Positions 27,984 through 36,289 of a stretch of DNA of 64,000 nt are shown piece by piece. The notes beneath the pieces were generated by a model, which saw only the letters and a program-made list of their open reading frames with translations, ran no database searches and had not been told where the DNA came from. The first letter of the stretch is position 1, and each line of letters begins with the position of its first letter. This DNA comes from a virus (lineage: Duplodnaviria; Caudoviricetes): the IMG/VR virus record IMGVR_UViG_3300027708_000013; one strand, 5' to 3'. Made by a program: the position numbers and the translations under genes.

Positions 27984-28828
27984 CGATACGTGCCTTGCCA
28001 AAGTTGCTGAATTTTACTCTTTAACTCGGCAATTTTCTTTTGATAGTGGGGTTTGGCAGCAGAATCAATGTTGCTATCGGCAATCAAGTCCTGATAGTGG
28101 TCAATGTCATCGCGATATTTTTTAATCAAGTACACAGTGGCATCCACAGTGGGATTGCTTTCTGCCACACCTTGTTGTACAGTTTCATCTAACACACTGC
28201 TTAATAATTTCAAAGCACGTTGGGGATTTTTTGGGTATAGTGTTTGTGCAATTTTTGCACGACCTGCAGGCGTGGCCTTTGCCCAAGCAGCACGTATTTC
28301 ACTGGCACTGGTGACTCCACCTGCAAATTCCACAGTGGGCAAATAGGCCATGTAGGCATGTTGAGCCAAGGGTAGAAGATTTTTGATATTAGTAAAAGAC
28401 TGCAAATAGTTGCTTACTGGTTGCCCCTTACGTGGCCCACGAGTAACCAAAGGTAATTTACCTGTTGCAGGATCAACTTTTGCTGGTTGTGGTGCTTGGT
28501 TGCGATCTTTTTCGCTACGCACAAATATCAATGCTGTAGCTGTGGGATCATAGTGATCTACAATTTCCTTTGCAGTAAAAGGACTTTTGACCTGTACAAA
28601 GTGGTCTGCTGGAACACCAGCGATGGTGGCCAATTCTTGTTTAACTGCAAAAGGTATCGGACGTTCGCTAGTATCGTTGGTAGAAGCCACATATACATCA
28701 GCTCCAGGAAATGCCCGCAGTGCGGATGTGTAAAGAGACATGTGTCCAGGAGTCCATGGATGAAATCCCCCCGGCATTATCACAAGAGTTTTTAGAGTCG
28801 TTGCTTCAAATAAATCTGCTATGAACAT
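27980..28828 (-). CDS. Cytidylyltransferase-like (HxGH) nucleotidyltransferase with leader and a C-terminal GVAE module
   Basis: VIMPGGFHPWTPGH, SASEIR; starts MFIADLFE-A; QQGVAE-S before the last helix. Confidence 0.75.
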   Translation of the reverse strand: MFIADLFEATTLKTLVIMPGGFHPWTPGHMSLYTSALRAFPGADVYVASTNDTSERPIPFAVKQELATIAGVPADHFVQVKSPFTAKEIVDHYDPTATALIFVRSEKDRNQAPQPAKVDPATGKLPLVTRGPRKGQPVSNYLQSFTNIKNLLPLAQHAYMAYLPTVEFAGGVTSASEIRAAWAKATPAGRAKIAQTLYPKNPQRALKLLSSVLDETVQQGVAESNPTVDATVYLIKKYRDDIDHYQDLIADSNIDSAAKPHYQKKIAELKSKIQQLWQGTYR

Positions 28829-28849
28829 GGCAATATCCGTTTATAGCAG

Positions 28850-28856
28850 TATTTAG
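28850..28856 (-). promoter_or_regulatory. Late-type promoter CTAAATA
   Basis: CTAAATACTGC upstream of 28828. Confidence 0.55.
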
Positions 28857-28857
28857 T

Positions 28858-29334
28858 TTAAATGTTTTCTAATAGAAATATGTAAAAAGGATTGGTCCAC
28901 TGGAGCCGCCACTCACCGTTCCAGCCAAGATTCACACAGTTTTTAATTATTTTAGTAATTTCACCACTGTGTTTAACCGGTTGATCAACATGATATTCAC
29001 TTAGGTTATATATTAAATGTCCCAGATCAATCTCGTCAATTTCCACGCTGACAATATTTAACAACATATCGCCAATGATTGTAAAATTGTCAGGATCTGT
29101 ATACTGGTCTTTTTTAACATCATTGGCAGTTTTATTTTCCAATCTTATTTGCAACCGATTGAGTTCCACGTCAGAATCTAAATCAAATTCTACATAAAAA
29201 ACTTCGTCCGTGGCCGCGTCTATTAGTGAGGATTTGACCACAGCCATGTCATTGACCAAAACACTGTATTGGGGCGGCCGATCCCAATACGTGCCGCTGA
29301 GTCCAATTCGAAAGTGTAAGGTTTCTTTTTCCAT
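28858..29334 (-). CDS. Hypothetical beta-sandwich-like protein
   Basis: 158-aa ORF in operon. Confidence 0.65.
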   Translation of the reverse strand: MEKETLHFRIGLSGTYWDRPPQYSVLVNDMAVVKSSLIDAATDEVFYVEFDLDSDVELNRLQIRLENKTANDVKKDQYTDPDNFTIIGDMLLNIVSVEIDEIDLGHLIYNLSEYHVDQPVKHSGEITKIIKNCVNLGWNGEWRLQWTNPFYIFLLENI

Positions 29335-29351
29335 GTTGACCTGTTATGCTG

Positions 29352-30293
29352 TTAGTTGATTTGTGCTTGTGGTTGTCCAGCCTTGGCCATGTTGACAGCA
29401 TCTTTCAGCGCCGCCGGAACACCGGATGGCAATGTGTCGCCGGATCCTGCTGGAGCAGCACCTCTTGCTTGATTGATAACATCAATCTTGCTGAGATCAC
29501 CGGCAAATTCAAAGTGTCCAATGTGGTTAAGCAATACTTTACTGTGTACCCAAATTTCGCCACCCATGTCTTGCCATCTACGACAGAACAACCAGTCTTC
29601 ACTGAGATAGTGACCACGAGCGTCAATTTTACAATCGAAGATCGAGTACATCATGGGCTCGTATTGTTTACCAAGTCCTACATCATCCACATATTTTGTT
29701 TCTGGAAACTGTGCAATCATTTTTTCATACACTGCACGTTTGAACAACAAGAAACCTGTGCCTGTGGTGTCCACAGTGAAGATGTCACCTTGAATCTTAG
29801 TTTCAGGTTTTAAATTAATCACATAATTAACTGGTAATGCTTTTTTAGGATATAATCCACCAATGACTTCTTTGTCACAGGCAATCATTTGCAAGATTGA
29901 TTCTGGTTGGAAACGAATGTCTGCATCAATAAACATGAAATGTGTGGCAGTGGTGTTGGTCATCATTTTGGCCATCAAGTTGTTTCTGGCACGAGTCACT
30001 AGGCTTTCGTTCACCATGGTGTCCAGGCTCCAATTGAGTCCTGCTTGACCTGCCAACAACACAAAACGTAAAAAGCTGGTCATTGTGGGCTCGCTCACCA
30101 TACCACCGTAGCAAGGAATACCTATGTGCAAGTGTACTCGACTGAAGTCGTAAGGAACGCCCTGGCCTTGGTTGGCCGGAACTAGCTCAGGTGGTTTTTG
30201 TGCTTGTTGTGCTTGACGTGCGGCAGCTGCTTTGATCATGGCTACTGCATCATTTTGACTGACAGGAGTGCCAGAGGATTTTTTTGTACTCAT
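29352..30293 (-). CDS. GT-A (GT2-like) glycosyltransferase
   Basis: IGIPCYGG, RARN.L, FMFIDADI (DxD), TGFLL.KR, LSEDW.FCRRW. Confidence 0.75.
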   Translation of the reverse strand: MSTKKSSGTPVSQNDAVAMIKAAAARQAQQAQKPPELVPANQGQGVPYDFSRVHLHIGIPCYGGMVSEPTMTSFLRFVLLAGQAGLNWSLDTMVNESLVTRARNNLMAKMMTNTTATHFMFIDADIRFQPESILQMIACDKEVIGGLYPKKALPVNYVINLKPETKIQGDIFTVDTTGTGFLLFKRAVYEKMIAQFPETKYVDDVGLGKQYEPMMYSIFDCKIDARGHYLSEDWLFCRRWQDMGGEIWVHSKVLLNHIGHFEFAGDLSKIDVINQARGAAPAGSGDTLPSGVPAALKDAVNMAKAGQPQAQIN

Positions 30294-30313
30294 TGATTTC
30301 TCTCTTTAATTGA

Positions 30314-30484
30314 TTAGGCTGTGGTTGTTTCAATTTCAACAAGTGCGCCTGCACCTGCTAATTCTTGTACTACTGCTTCTAAACTGGTAACTAATTCTTC
30401 GCTCAGTGCTGTACTGATGTCATCTGAATCTTTAATTAATTTACTAATTTTAATTACTAATACGTCCTCTTGAAGTTTTGCCAT
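30314..30484 (-). CDS. Small hypothetical protein
   Basis: MAKLQEDV start with AAGGAG RBS; late motif at 30511-30516. Confidence 0.65.
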   Translation of the reverse strand: MAKLQEDVLVIKISKLIKDSDDISTALSEELVTSLEAVVQELAGAGALVEIETTTA

Positions 30485-30513
30485 GTTGGGCTCCTTGAAT
30501 AATATGCTAGTAT

Positions 30514-31230
30514 TTAGCCAGGCGCTGACACCATGGCATGAATATTTGATATTAATGCAGGGTTTATTAGGCCAATAAACGTAACAATCGCTGGATCGTT
30601 GGTGTAAAAGAACACACCCCAAGTGCTTTCATACTGTTTATTCAGCATGTCTTTAGATGTTTTGCTTAGTTTAACTGTGTCGCCTAGATTTTCTAAATAG
30701 TGTAATAATTGTTGTTTAGTTTGAAGTGAATATCTACCATCGCGTACAATTACTTTGTGTGAGTATGCCCATGGTGTTGGTGTTACAATGGCACCGCACT
30801 GTAACAATGGCACCATTTCCGGCTGTGGGTATGTGATAGATTCTATATATTTTGGATCAATCTTCAATGCTATGGTTTTTAATGTGGCTTCATCTTGGGT
30901 ATAAAATTGTATGTTGGGTTCTTCTATACGTGTTCTAACTGAGCCAGACATGCCTGTTTTGATCTCTTGAACTGTACGCAACAGCGTTAAATCTACTAGA
31001 TCCAAGTTGGGAGATCTATAAAACCAACCAGTTTTACCAAAATTATATCCAGATTGAGCCATAGCACGTCTATGTTCCAACGCCGCTTCAAGACTTGCAA
31101 GTTTTGAATCCAACAGTCTACCGCCTTCGGCATGTATTACCAAACGCCAAAGATATCTACCGTGAAATTGCTTCACAGTGGTAGCGAGTTTGATACCCGG
31201 TTGTATTTTATTCCAGAACGATGAGTCCAT
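30514..31230 (-). CDS. Hypothetical protein
   Basis: 238-aa ORF coupled to clpA. Confidence 0.65.
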   Translation of the reverse strand: MDSSFWNKIQPGIKLATTVKQFHGRYLWRLVIHAEGGRLLDSKLASLEAALEHRRAMAQSGYNFGKTGWFYRSPNLDLVDLTLLRTVQEIKTGMSGSVRTRIEEPNIQFYTQDEATLKTIALKIDPKYIESITYPQPEMVPLLQCGAIVTPTPWAYSHKVIVRDGRYSLQTKQQLLHYLENLGDTVKLSKTSKDMLNKQYESTWGVFFYTNDPAIVTFIGLINPALISNIHAMVSAPG

Positions 31231-33490
31231 CGGCGTCCACTGTGGCTTGGGTTGGTACTGAGATTGATTCGAATGTCAATGCTTCATCCACACAGTCAAC
31301 AACCACTGTGGTAGATTCAGGAATCTTTTCAAATAGTATTTTTTTACTCAAGGGTACTTTGATTAAATCGTTAATTTTACGTGCCATGGGTCTAGCACCC
31401 ATTTGACTGTCATGTCCTACTCTGGCTAGATAATCTATTGCTGATTCGGTCAGTCTAACACGAATAGATTTTTCGCTGAGTAATTCATTGAGTTCATTGA
31501 TGAACTTGGCTACAATCTTTTTCATACTCAGTGCATCTAGCCGATTAAACTTGCAAACTCCATCCAGTCTGTTGCGAAACTCAGGTTTAAAGAACTCCCG
31601 AACTGCTCGGTCATCTTCATCACTTCGGTTGATGTCGCCAAATCCTATGCTTTTACGTTCATTGTCGGCAGCACCTAGATTGCTGGTTAAAATAACAATA
31701 CAGTTACGTGCATCGGCTTTTTTACCATTACTGCTGGTGACAACACCTTCGTCCATCAAGCTCAGCAACACATTGACAACATCCGGATGTGCCTTTTCAA
31801 TTTCATCAAACAACAACACACTGTTGGAGTTTTTCTCAATATCGGATATTAATAATCCTCCGCCTAGATTGCCATCATCGTAGCCAACATAGCCGGGAGG
31901 AGCACCAATCAGTTTACTTGCGGCATGCTTTTCTTGATACTCGCTCATGTCGTAACGCAACAGTTTCATTCCAAGATTTTCACTCAGTAGTTTTGCCAAC
32001 TCAGTTTTACCTGTGCCGGTGGGCCCTAAAAACAAAAAGTTGCCAATGGGCTTGTTGATTGATTTCAATCCAGCACGGCTGACATAGATCTTTTCCAATA
32101 CAGTGTCCACTACCGATTCTTGTCCGTATAGGCGATTTTTAATATTGCTTTCTAAACTGTCAAGATTTTTAATTGACTCGGTGCCGATTTGATCCACTGG
32201 GATTTTGGTAAATCTACTGATGACATCTACAATGTCACCGCGTTGTACACACCAATCAGTTTCACGTATTTTTAATCTAGCACAGGCTGAATCAATCAAA
32301 TCAATGGCCTTGTCCGGCAATCGTTTATCTGTTTGATAACGTACACTCAAGTCCACAGCAGCATCAATAGCTGAGTCGTCAATGACGCCGCCATGAAATG
32401 TTTCGAAGTGTGTGCGTAGGCCACGCAGTATATCTTTGGCCACAGCAGGTGTTGGTTCTTCCACTGTTAATCTATGGAAGCGACGCATGAGAGCACGATC
32501 TTTTTCAAAACTTTGACTGTATTCTTCCCATGTGGTTGACGCAATAACTTTGATTTGACCTTTGGCCAAGGCTGGCTTGATCATGTTAGAAAAGTCTACA
32601 TTGCTTTGGCTTCCGGCTCCGGCACCACGCATTTGATGTGCTTCATCAATAAACAATATGCATTTGCCTTGAGCAATCAAAGCGGCAACGACATCTTTGA
32701 GCTTTTCCTCAAAGTCTCCGCGATACTTGCTGCCGGCCAATAGACTTCCAATGTCCAGGTTATAAACTGTATGGTCCCGCAAATAGTCAGGAACTGCTCC
32801 ATCCACTATGTTTTTTGCCAAGCCTTCGGCAATGGCAGTTTTACCAACACCGGGATCACCAATTAGTAATATGTTTGATTTATTGCGTTTGGCCAACACC
32901 TGTGCTATTTCATCAATCTCGTAATCTCTACCAATCACAGGATCAATTTTGCCCGCACGTGCCTGTGCATTCAAGTCGGTACAGTACTGTTCTAATGTTT
33001 CAGTAGATTTGATATTGACAGCACGGGCCTTACCACGCTTGGTGGAATAATTGTCATTGTAATAATCCAATACATCTTGACGATTGTCAAGTCCATATTT
33101 TAATAAAAAATAATGTGCGTAACTGTTGTGTTCGGCAAACACACTGATGTATAAATCAATCACCTGCATGGTGGATCTGCCACTGAACAGCACTTGAGTA
33201 AATGCACGATTAAACACACGTTCCAGTGCATTGGTTTTCTTGGGTTCTGTGAACTCCACAGCACTGACTAAGAATACCTGGTCGGATAGATAATTATCTA
33301 AATCGTTTTGTAATCCCTCAACATCTACGCCGTAACTATCTAAAAATTCACCAAACGGCTCATATGCGACTAGACTTTTTAGCAAGTGTTCCAAAGTCAC
33401 ATATTCGTGATTCAGTGCCCTGGCAGTGTCGCTGGCATTTTTAATAATTACTTCTATTTCAGGATTGGGTTGTATCATCCGGTCTTCCAA
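31208..33490 (-). CDS. clpA: ATP-dependent Clp protease ATP-binding subunit ClpA-like
   Basis: Clp-N, two AAA+ modules (GDPGVGKT, FIDEAH; GPTGTGKT, LFDEIEKAH), GAPPGYVG and IGF loop (KSIGFG). Confidence 0.9.
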   Translation of the reverse strand: MEDRMIQPNPEIEVIIKNASDTARALNHEYVTLEHLLKSLVAYEPFGEFLDSYGVDVEGLQNDLDNYLSDQVFLVSAVEFTEPKKTNALERVFNRAFTQVLFSGRSTMQVIDLYISVFAEHNSYAHYFLLKYGLDNRQDVLDYYNDNYSTKRGKARAVNIKSTETLEQYCTDLNAQARAGKIDPVIGRDYEIDEIAQVLAKRNKSNILLIGDPGVGKTAIAEGLAKNIVDGAVPDYLRDHTVYNLDIGSLLAGSKYRGDFEEKLKDVVAALIAQGKCILFIDEAHQMRGAGAGSQSNVDFSNMIKPALAKGQIKVIASTTWEEYSQSFEKDRALMRRFHRLTVEEPTPAVAKDILRGLRTHFETFHGGVIDDSAIDAAVDLSVRYQTDKRLPDKAIDLIDSACARLKIRETDWCVQRGDIVDVISRFTKIPVDQIGTESIKNLDSLESNIKNRLYGQESVVDTVLEKIYVSRAGLKSINKPIGNFLFLGPTGTGKTELAKLLSENLGMKLLRYDMSEYQEKHAASKLIGAPPGYVGYDDGNLGGGLLISDIEKNSNSVLLFDEIEKAHPDVVNVLLSLMDEGVVTSSNGKKADARNCIVILTSNLGAADNERKSIGFGDINRSDEDDRAVREFFKPEFRNRLDGVCKFNRLDALSMKKIVAKFINELNELLSEKSIRVRLTESAIDYLARVGHDSQMGARPMARKINDLIKVPLSKKILFEKIPESTTVVVDCVDEALTFESISVPTQATVDADGLIVLE

Positions 33491-33511
33491 GTTAGTGCCT
33501 CGTAAAGATAT

Positions 33512-34360
33512 TTATTGAGAGATCTTAATTTGTTTAATTAAGTCTAGTTGAGCAGTTGAAAGATTTCTTGGAACTGTAATCATTATTTTAACAAGTAAAT
33601 TGCCTCTTTGCGAGCTGTTTAATTGCCAGACTCCGTTGTTGGGTATTCTGAATAAATTATCGTGCTGTGCACCTGGGGGTACGGTAAGTAAAAATTTACT
33701 GCCATCGATACCGACAACTTCGGTTTCTGTACCAGTGACAGCGTCTAAACAATCAACTTCCACAGCAGTGACCACATCTAGGTCATGCAGTTCAAACCCT
33801 GGTGGAACAGCCACAGCAAATACCACATATAAATCGCCCCTGGGTAATGAATTGAAAAAATTATCTCCCAGTCCAGAATACTTGATTTGTGTACCATGAG
33901 TCACACCTCTGGGTATGGTGACTTCCACTGTTTCTCTGTGTCCGTTTGTGGTTTGAACGCTGATTGTTCGAGTTTGATCCGCCAAGGTGCTGGCCAAATC
34001 CACAGTGATTTCTATACGTAGATCTTTGTTGCGTCTTGGCTGTTGGTGTGCATGCCAGGGAGCACCACCCCCAAAGTTAAATCCAAACTGTTGAAAAATA
34101 CTTTCCATCCCTGGTGGAACACCTGAAAATGGTTGTCCATTGAAATTGAATCTGATGCCACCGGGATTGGCTTGTTCGTGATCATACTGGGCTCTGCGAT
34201 CTGCATCACTGATGACATCATAGGCTGCTTGTAATGTTTGGAATGTGGCGGTGTCTCCTCCACGGTCAGGATGATGCTGACTGGCTAATTTTCTATAAGC
34301 TCGTTTGATTTCTTCTGGGGTAGCTGATTCGTCAACCCCCAGTGTAGCGTAGTGTGTCAT
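33512..34360 (-). CDS. DnaJ-class co-chaperone (J domain + C-terminal domain, no zinc finger; CbpA-like)
   Basis: HYATLGV..EIKRAYRKLA..HHPD; G/F linker; GDLYV. Confidence 0.9.
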   Translation of the reverse strand: MTHYATLGVDESATPEEIKRAYRKLASQHHPDRGGDTATFQTLQAAYDVISDADRRAQYDHEQANPGGIRFNFNGQPFSGVPPGMESIFQQFGFNFGGGAPWHAHQQPRRNKDLRIEITVDLASTLADQTRTISVQTTNGHRETVEVTIPRGVTHGTQIKYSGLGDNFFNSLPRGDLYVVFAVAVPPGFELHDLDVVTAVEVDCLDAVTGTETEVVGIDGSKFLLTVPPGAQHDNLFRIPNNGVWQLNSSQRGNLLVKIMITVPRNLSTAQLDLIKQIKISQ

Positions 34361-34366
34361 ACTGCT

Positions 34367-34395
34367 AGTGTAAACGAAAACTCGGTTACAGTCAA
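34367..34395 (-). promoter_or_regulatory. Sigma70 promoter TTGACT-N17-TACACT, probably leaderless transcript of the dnaJ gene
   Basis: -10 ends 6 nt before ATG 34360; no SD. Confidence 0.65.
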
Positions 34396-34399
34396 GTGG

Positions 34400-34939
34400 T
34401 TAGGCCTTACCGGCTATCTTTTCTTGGCTACGTCCATAAGCAGCTAATCCCAACACAGCACCCATGGCAATGTGATACAATCCTGCACCTTGCAGTGTCA
34501 GTGGGCTCCACTGACTGGTCACTGATCCATGAAATACAGCCTGCAATAAACTCCATAATATTGGAAATACCACAAAGTCAGTGGTACAGGTAATCATGTA
34601 TATAACTGCCATCATGGGGCGCCATTTACTGTTGATAAAGTTGCCAAACCCATGGCTGGTTTCAATTGCAGAGGTGCCACCTTCTTGCATGGCCCCACCG
34701 GTACTGGCTAAATTGCTGTTGGCCTGTCCAGTGCCTGAGTAGTTATTGGTTTGAGTCATTGCACTGGAACTGGCACCAAACCCACTGCCAAAACCAGATG
34801 GAGTACTGCCAAATGACGAAGGAGCAACACTCATGCTGTTACCCATTGGCACACTTCCAAAGGCTGGAGCTGGTGTAGCGGGTACAGGTGCTACGGCTGT
34901 AGCGGCTGAGTTTGAATCTGATGGGTCTAGTTTTGGCAT
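34400..34939 (-). CDS. Putative holin with long S/G-rich N-terminal extension
   Basis: WRPMMAVIY..DFVVFPILW and C-terminal GAVLG..AYGR.QEK; in lysis cassette. Confidence 0.65.
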   Translation of the reverse strand: MPKLDPSDSNSAATAVAPVPATPAPAFGSVPMGNSMSVAPSSFGSTPSGFGSGFGASSSAMTQTNNYSGTGQANSNLASTGGAMQEGGTSAIETSHGFGNFINSKWRPMMAVIYMITCTTDFVVFPILWSLLQAVFHGSVTSQWSPLTLQGAGLYHIAMGAVLGLAAYGRSQEKIAGKA

Positions 34940-34955
34940 ATTTTTCCTTTTATTT

Positions 34956-35255
34956 TTATTTTACGGCATCCCAAATTTGTTTTTGTTCCCGATACCACTG
35001 TTGCCAAGATTCGTATTTTTGTTTTAGTATGTAGTACTCACCAAAATTGGCATTGGCATTTTCTAACAGATCGGTTAAGGTTTTTTTGTCTGCGGGCAAA
35101 GGAGTTAAATCATTTGCTGGTGCTGAGAGCTCTGCTGGAACCTTGGGCCACTGCATTTTTTGTGGACTGGTTGTAGAGCATCCAAGCAGTGTCAGACAAC
35201 CGACACTCAGCGTTAATACTGTCACGCTGTGCTTCAATTGCTTGATTGTTGGCAT
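34956..35255 (-). CDS. Outer-membrane lipoprotein spanin (o-spanin, Rz1-like)
   Basis: Lipobox LLGC; Pro-rich; overlaps the i-spanin 3' end. Confidence 0.7.
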   Translation of the reverse strand: MPTIKQLKHSVTVLTLSVGCLTLLGCSTTSPQKMQWPKVPAELSAPANDLTPLPADKKTLTDLLENANANFGEYYILKQKYESWQQWYREQKQIWDAVK

Positions 35256-35601
35256 TTGTGTTCTCCTTGATTATTTTTACTTCTTTGACAATTTTTTCTT
35301 TGATCACTGTGTTGACTTTCCCCGACTTGACTTCAGCCTCGGCCACTTTCTCTGCCATCGCTTCCAGTTCATGTTTCCAAACAGCAGTGACACCGGCGCT
35401 GCCCAACATAAAAACACCAAACAGCATAGTGGCAAATCCTAGATATTTAACAGCAACACCGGTGAGTTTTGCCTGCACAAAAGGAACAGCAGAAAGAAAT
35501 CCGCTGAAAAAATATGCAACAGCACCCAGTCCAGCAATTAACGCCCAGAACTCAGCGGGTATGTTGCCAATTATGTGTTGGATTATCCAGCCAAACATCA
35601 T
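35110..35601 (-). CDS. Inner-membrane spanin (i-spanin, Rz-like)
   Basis: N-terminal TM segments, coiled coil, C-terminal Cys; follows the endolysin. Confidence 0.65.
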   Translation of the reverse strand: MMFGWIIQHIIGNIPAEFWALIAGLGAVAYFFSGFLSAVPFVQAKLTGVAVKYLGFATMLFGVFMLGSAGVTAVWKHELEAMAEKVAEAEVKSGKVNTVIKEKIVKEVKIIKENTNANNQAIEAQRDSINAECRLSDTAWMLYNQSTKNAVAQGSSRALSTSK

Positions 35602-36221
35602 GCACTCAATACTTGAACAGCGTGATGAAAACGTGCTGTGCGATCATCTAATCCCAATAATCCACCATTGATGACTCGAGTGGCATGTGCAACATCTCCA
35701 GCATCACTGATGGCATTTAATCCATGATGTTCCCAAAAGAAACAGGCCGATTCCACAGCACCTTCGGGTGTTTCACAATACTTTACACACTCGTCAAGTG
35801 CCATACCAATTTCTTTGGCAAACGCCACATAGTTGCTTTTGCCTGTAAGTTGTATCAAGCCACGACCGTGAAACTTCCAACCATCGCCCGATGCTTCGGG
35901 ACCATTGCCCATTCTATCACAGTAGGCACGATTGGCAATCTTTTCTGGATTGTGTTCGTATAATTTTGCTATGTCTGGGGGGAAACGCTTGGGCCATGTA
36001 CCGGTTAATCCAGAGGCACGATAGTTTAAATTTTCAGTAAGTGCTGTGTAGCCACCTGATTCATGTGCTGTTTGTGCAATAAACATGGCCACACGTGAAA
36101 CAGAAGTTATATTATATTTGGGGAGTTCTTTACTCAAGGCATTGTACCACTCGGTGATGTGTGGATTGTGTGGTAATAATTGAGCTAATTGATTGGCTGT
36201 AAATGTAAATTCAAAACTCAT
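35598..36221 (-). CDS. Glycoside hydrolase family 19 endolysin
   Basis: FIAQTAHESGG, ENLNY, GRGLIQLTGKSNY, TRVINGG..GL.DR. Confidence 0.9.
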   Translation of the reverse strand: MSFEFTFTANQLAQLLPHNPHITEWYNALSKELPKYNITSVSRVAMFIAQTAHESGGYTALTENLNYRASGLTGTWPKRFPPDIAKLYEHNPEKIANRAYCDRMGNGPEASGDGWKFHGRGLIQLTGKSNYVAFAKEIGMALDECVKYCETPEGAVESACFFWEHHGLNAISDAGDVAHATRVINGGLLGLDDRTARFHHAVQVLSA

Positions 36222-36240
36222 CGAAATCTCCTAAACAGTG

Positions 36241-36260
36241 TTGATAAAACTATTTATCAA
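36241..36260 (-). promoter_or_regulatory. Late-type promoter (ATAAATA) inside a perfect 8-bp inverted repeat
   Basis: TTGATAAA-4 nt-TTTATCAA upstream of the endolysin RBS. Confidence 0.55.
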
Positions 36261-36289
36261 AATTTGAATTTTAATTTGTTACAGGTTTG

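Larger units (their letters stand above)
20812..28171 (-). repeat. Dispersed in-frame 12-bp repeat GGTGTGG(C/A)GGAA encoding GVAE/GVEE
   Basis: Exact GGTGTGGCGGAA at 20812, 21208, 23626, 25682, 25889, 26825; GGTGTGGAGGAA at 22540, 23836, 24064, 27149; one-mismatch copies at 22270, 25436, 28160. Confidence 0.9.

Noticed and set aside
20812-28171. GGTGTGG(C/A)GGAA repeats as a CRISPR array
   Set aside because: Repeats are only 12-15 bp, spacing is irregular (hundreds of bp), all copies are in frame within long ORFs, and there are no cas genes.
20812-28171. Repeat as a Chi site
   Set aside because: It does not match the Chi sequences I know (e.g. GCTGGTGG) and is confined to one gene block at module junctions rather than dispersed.
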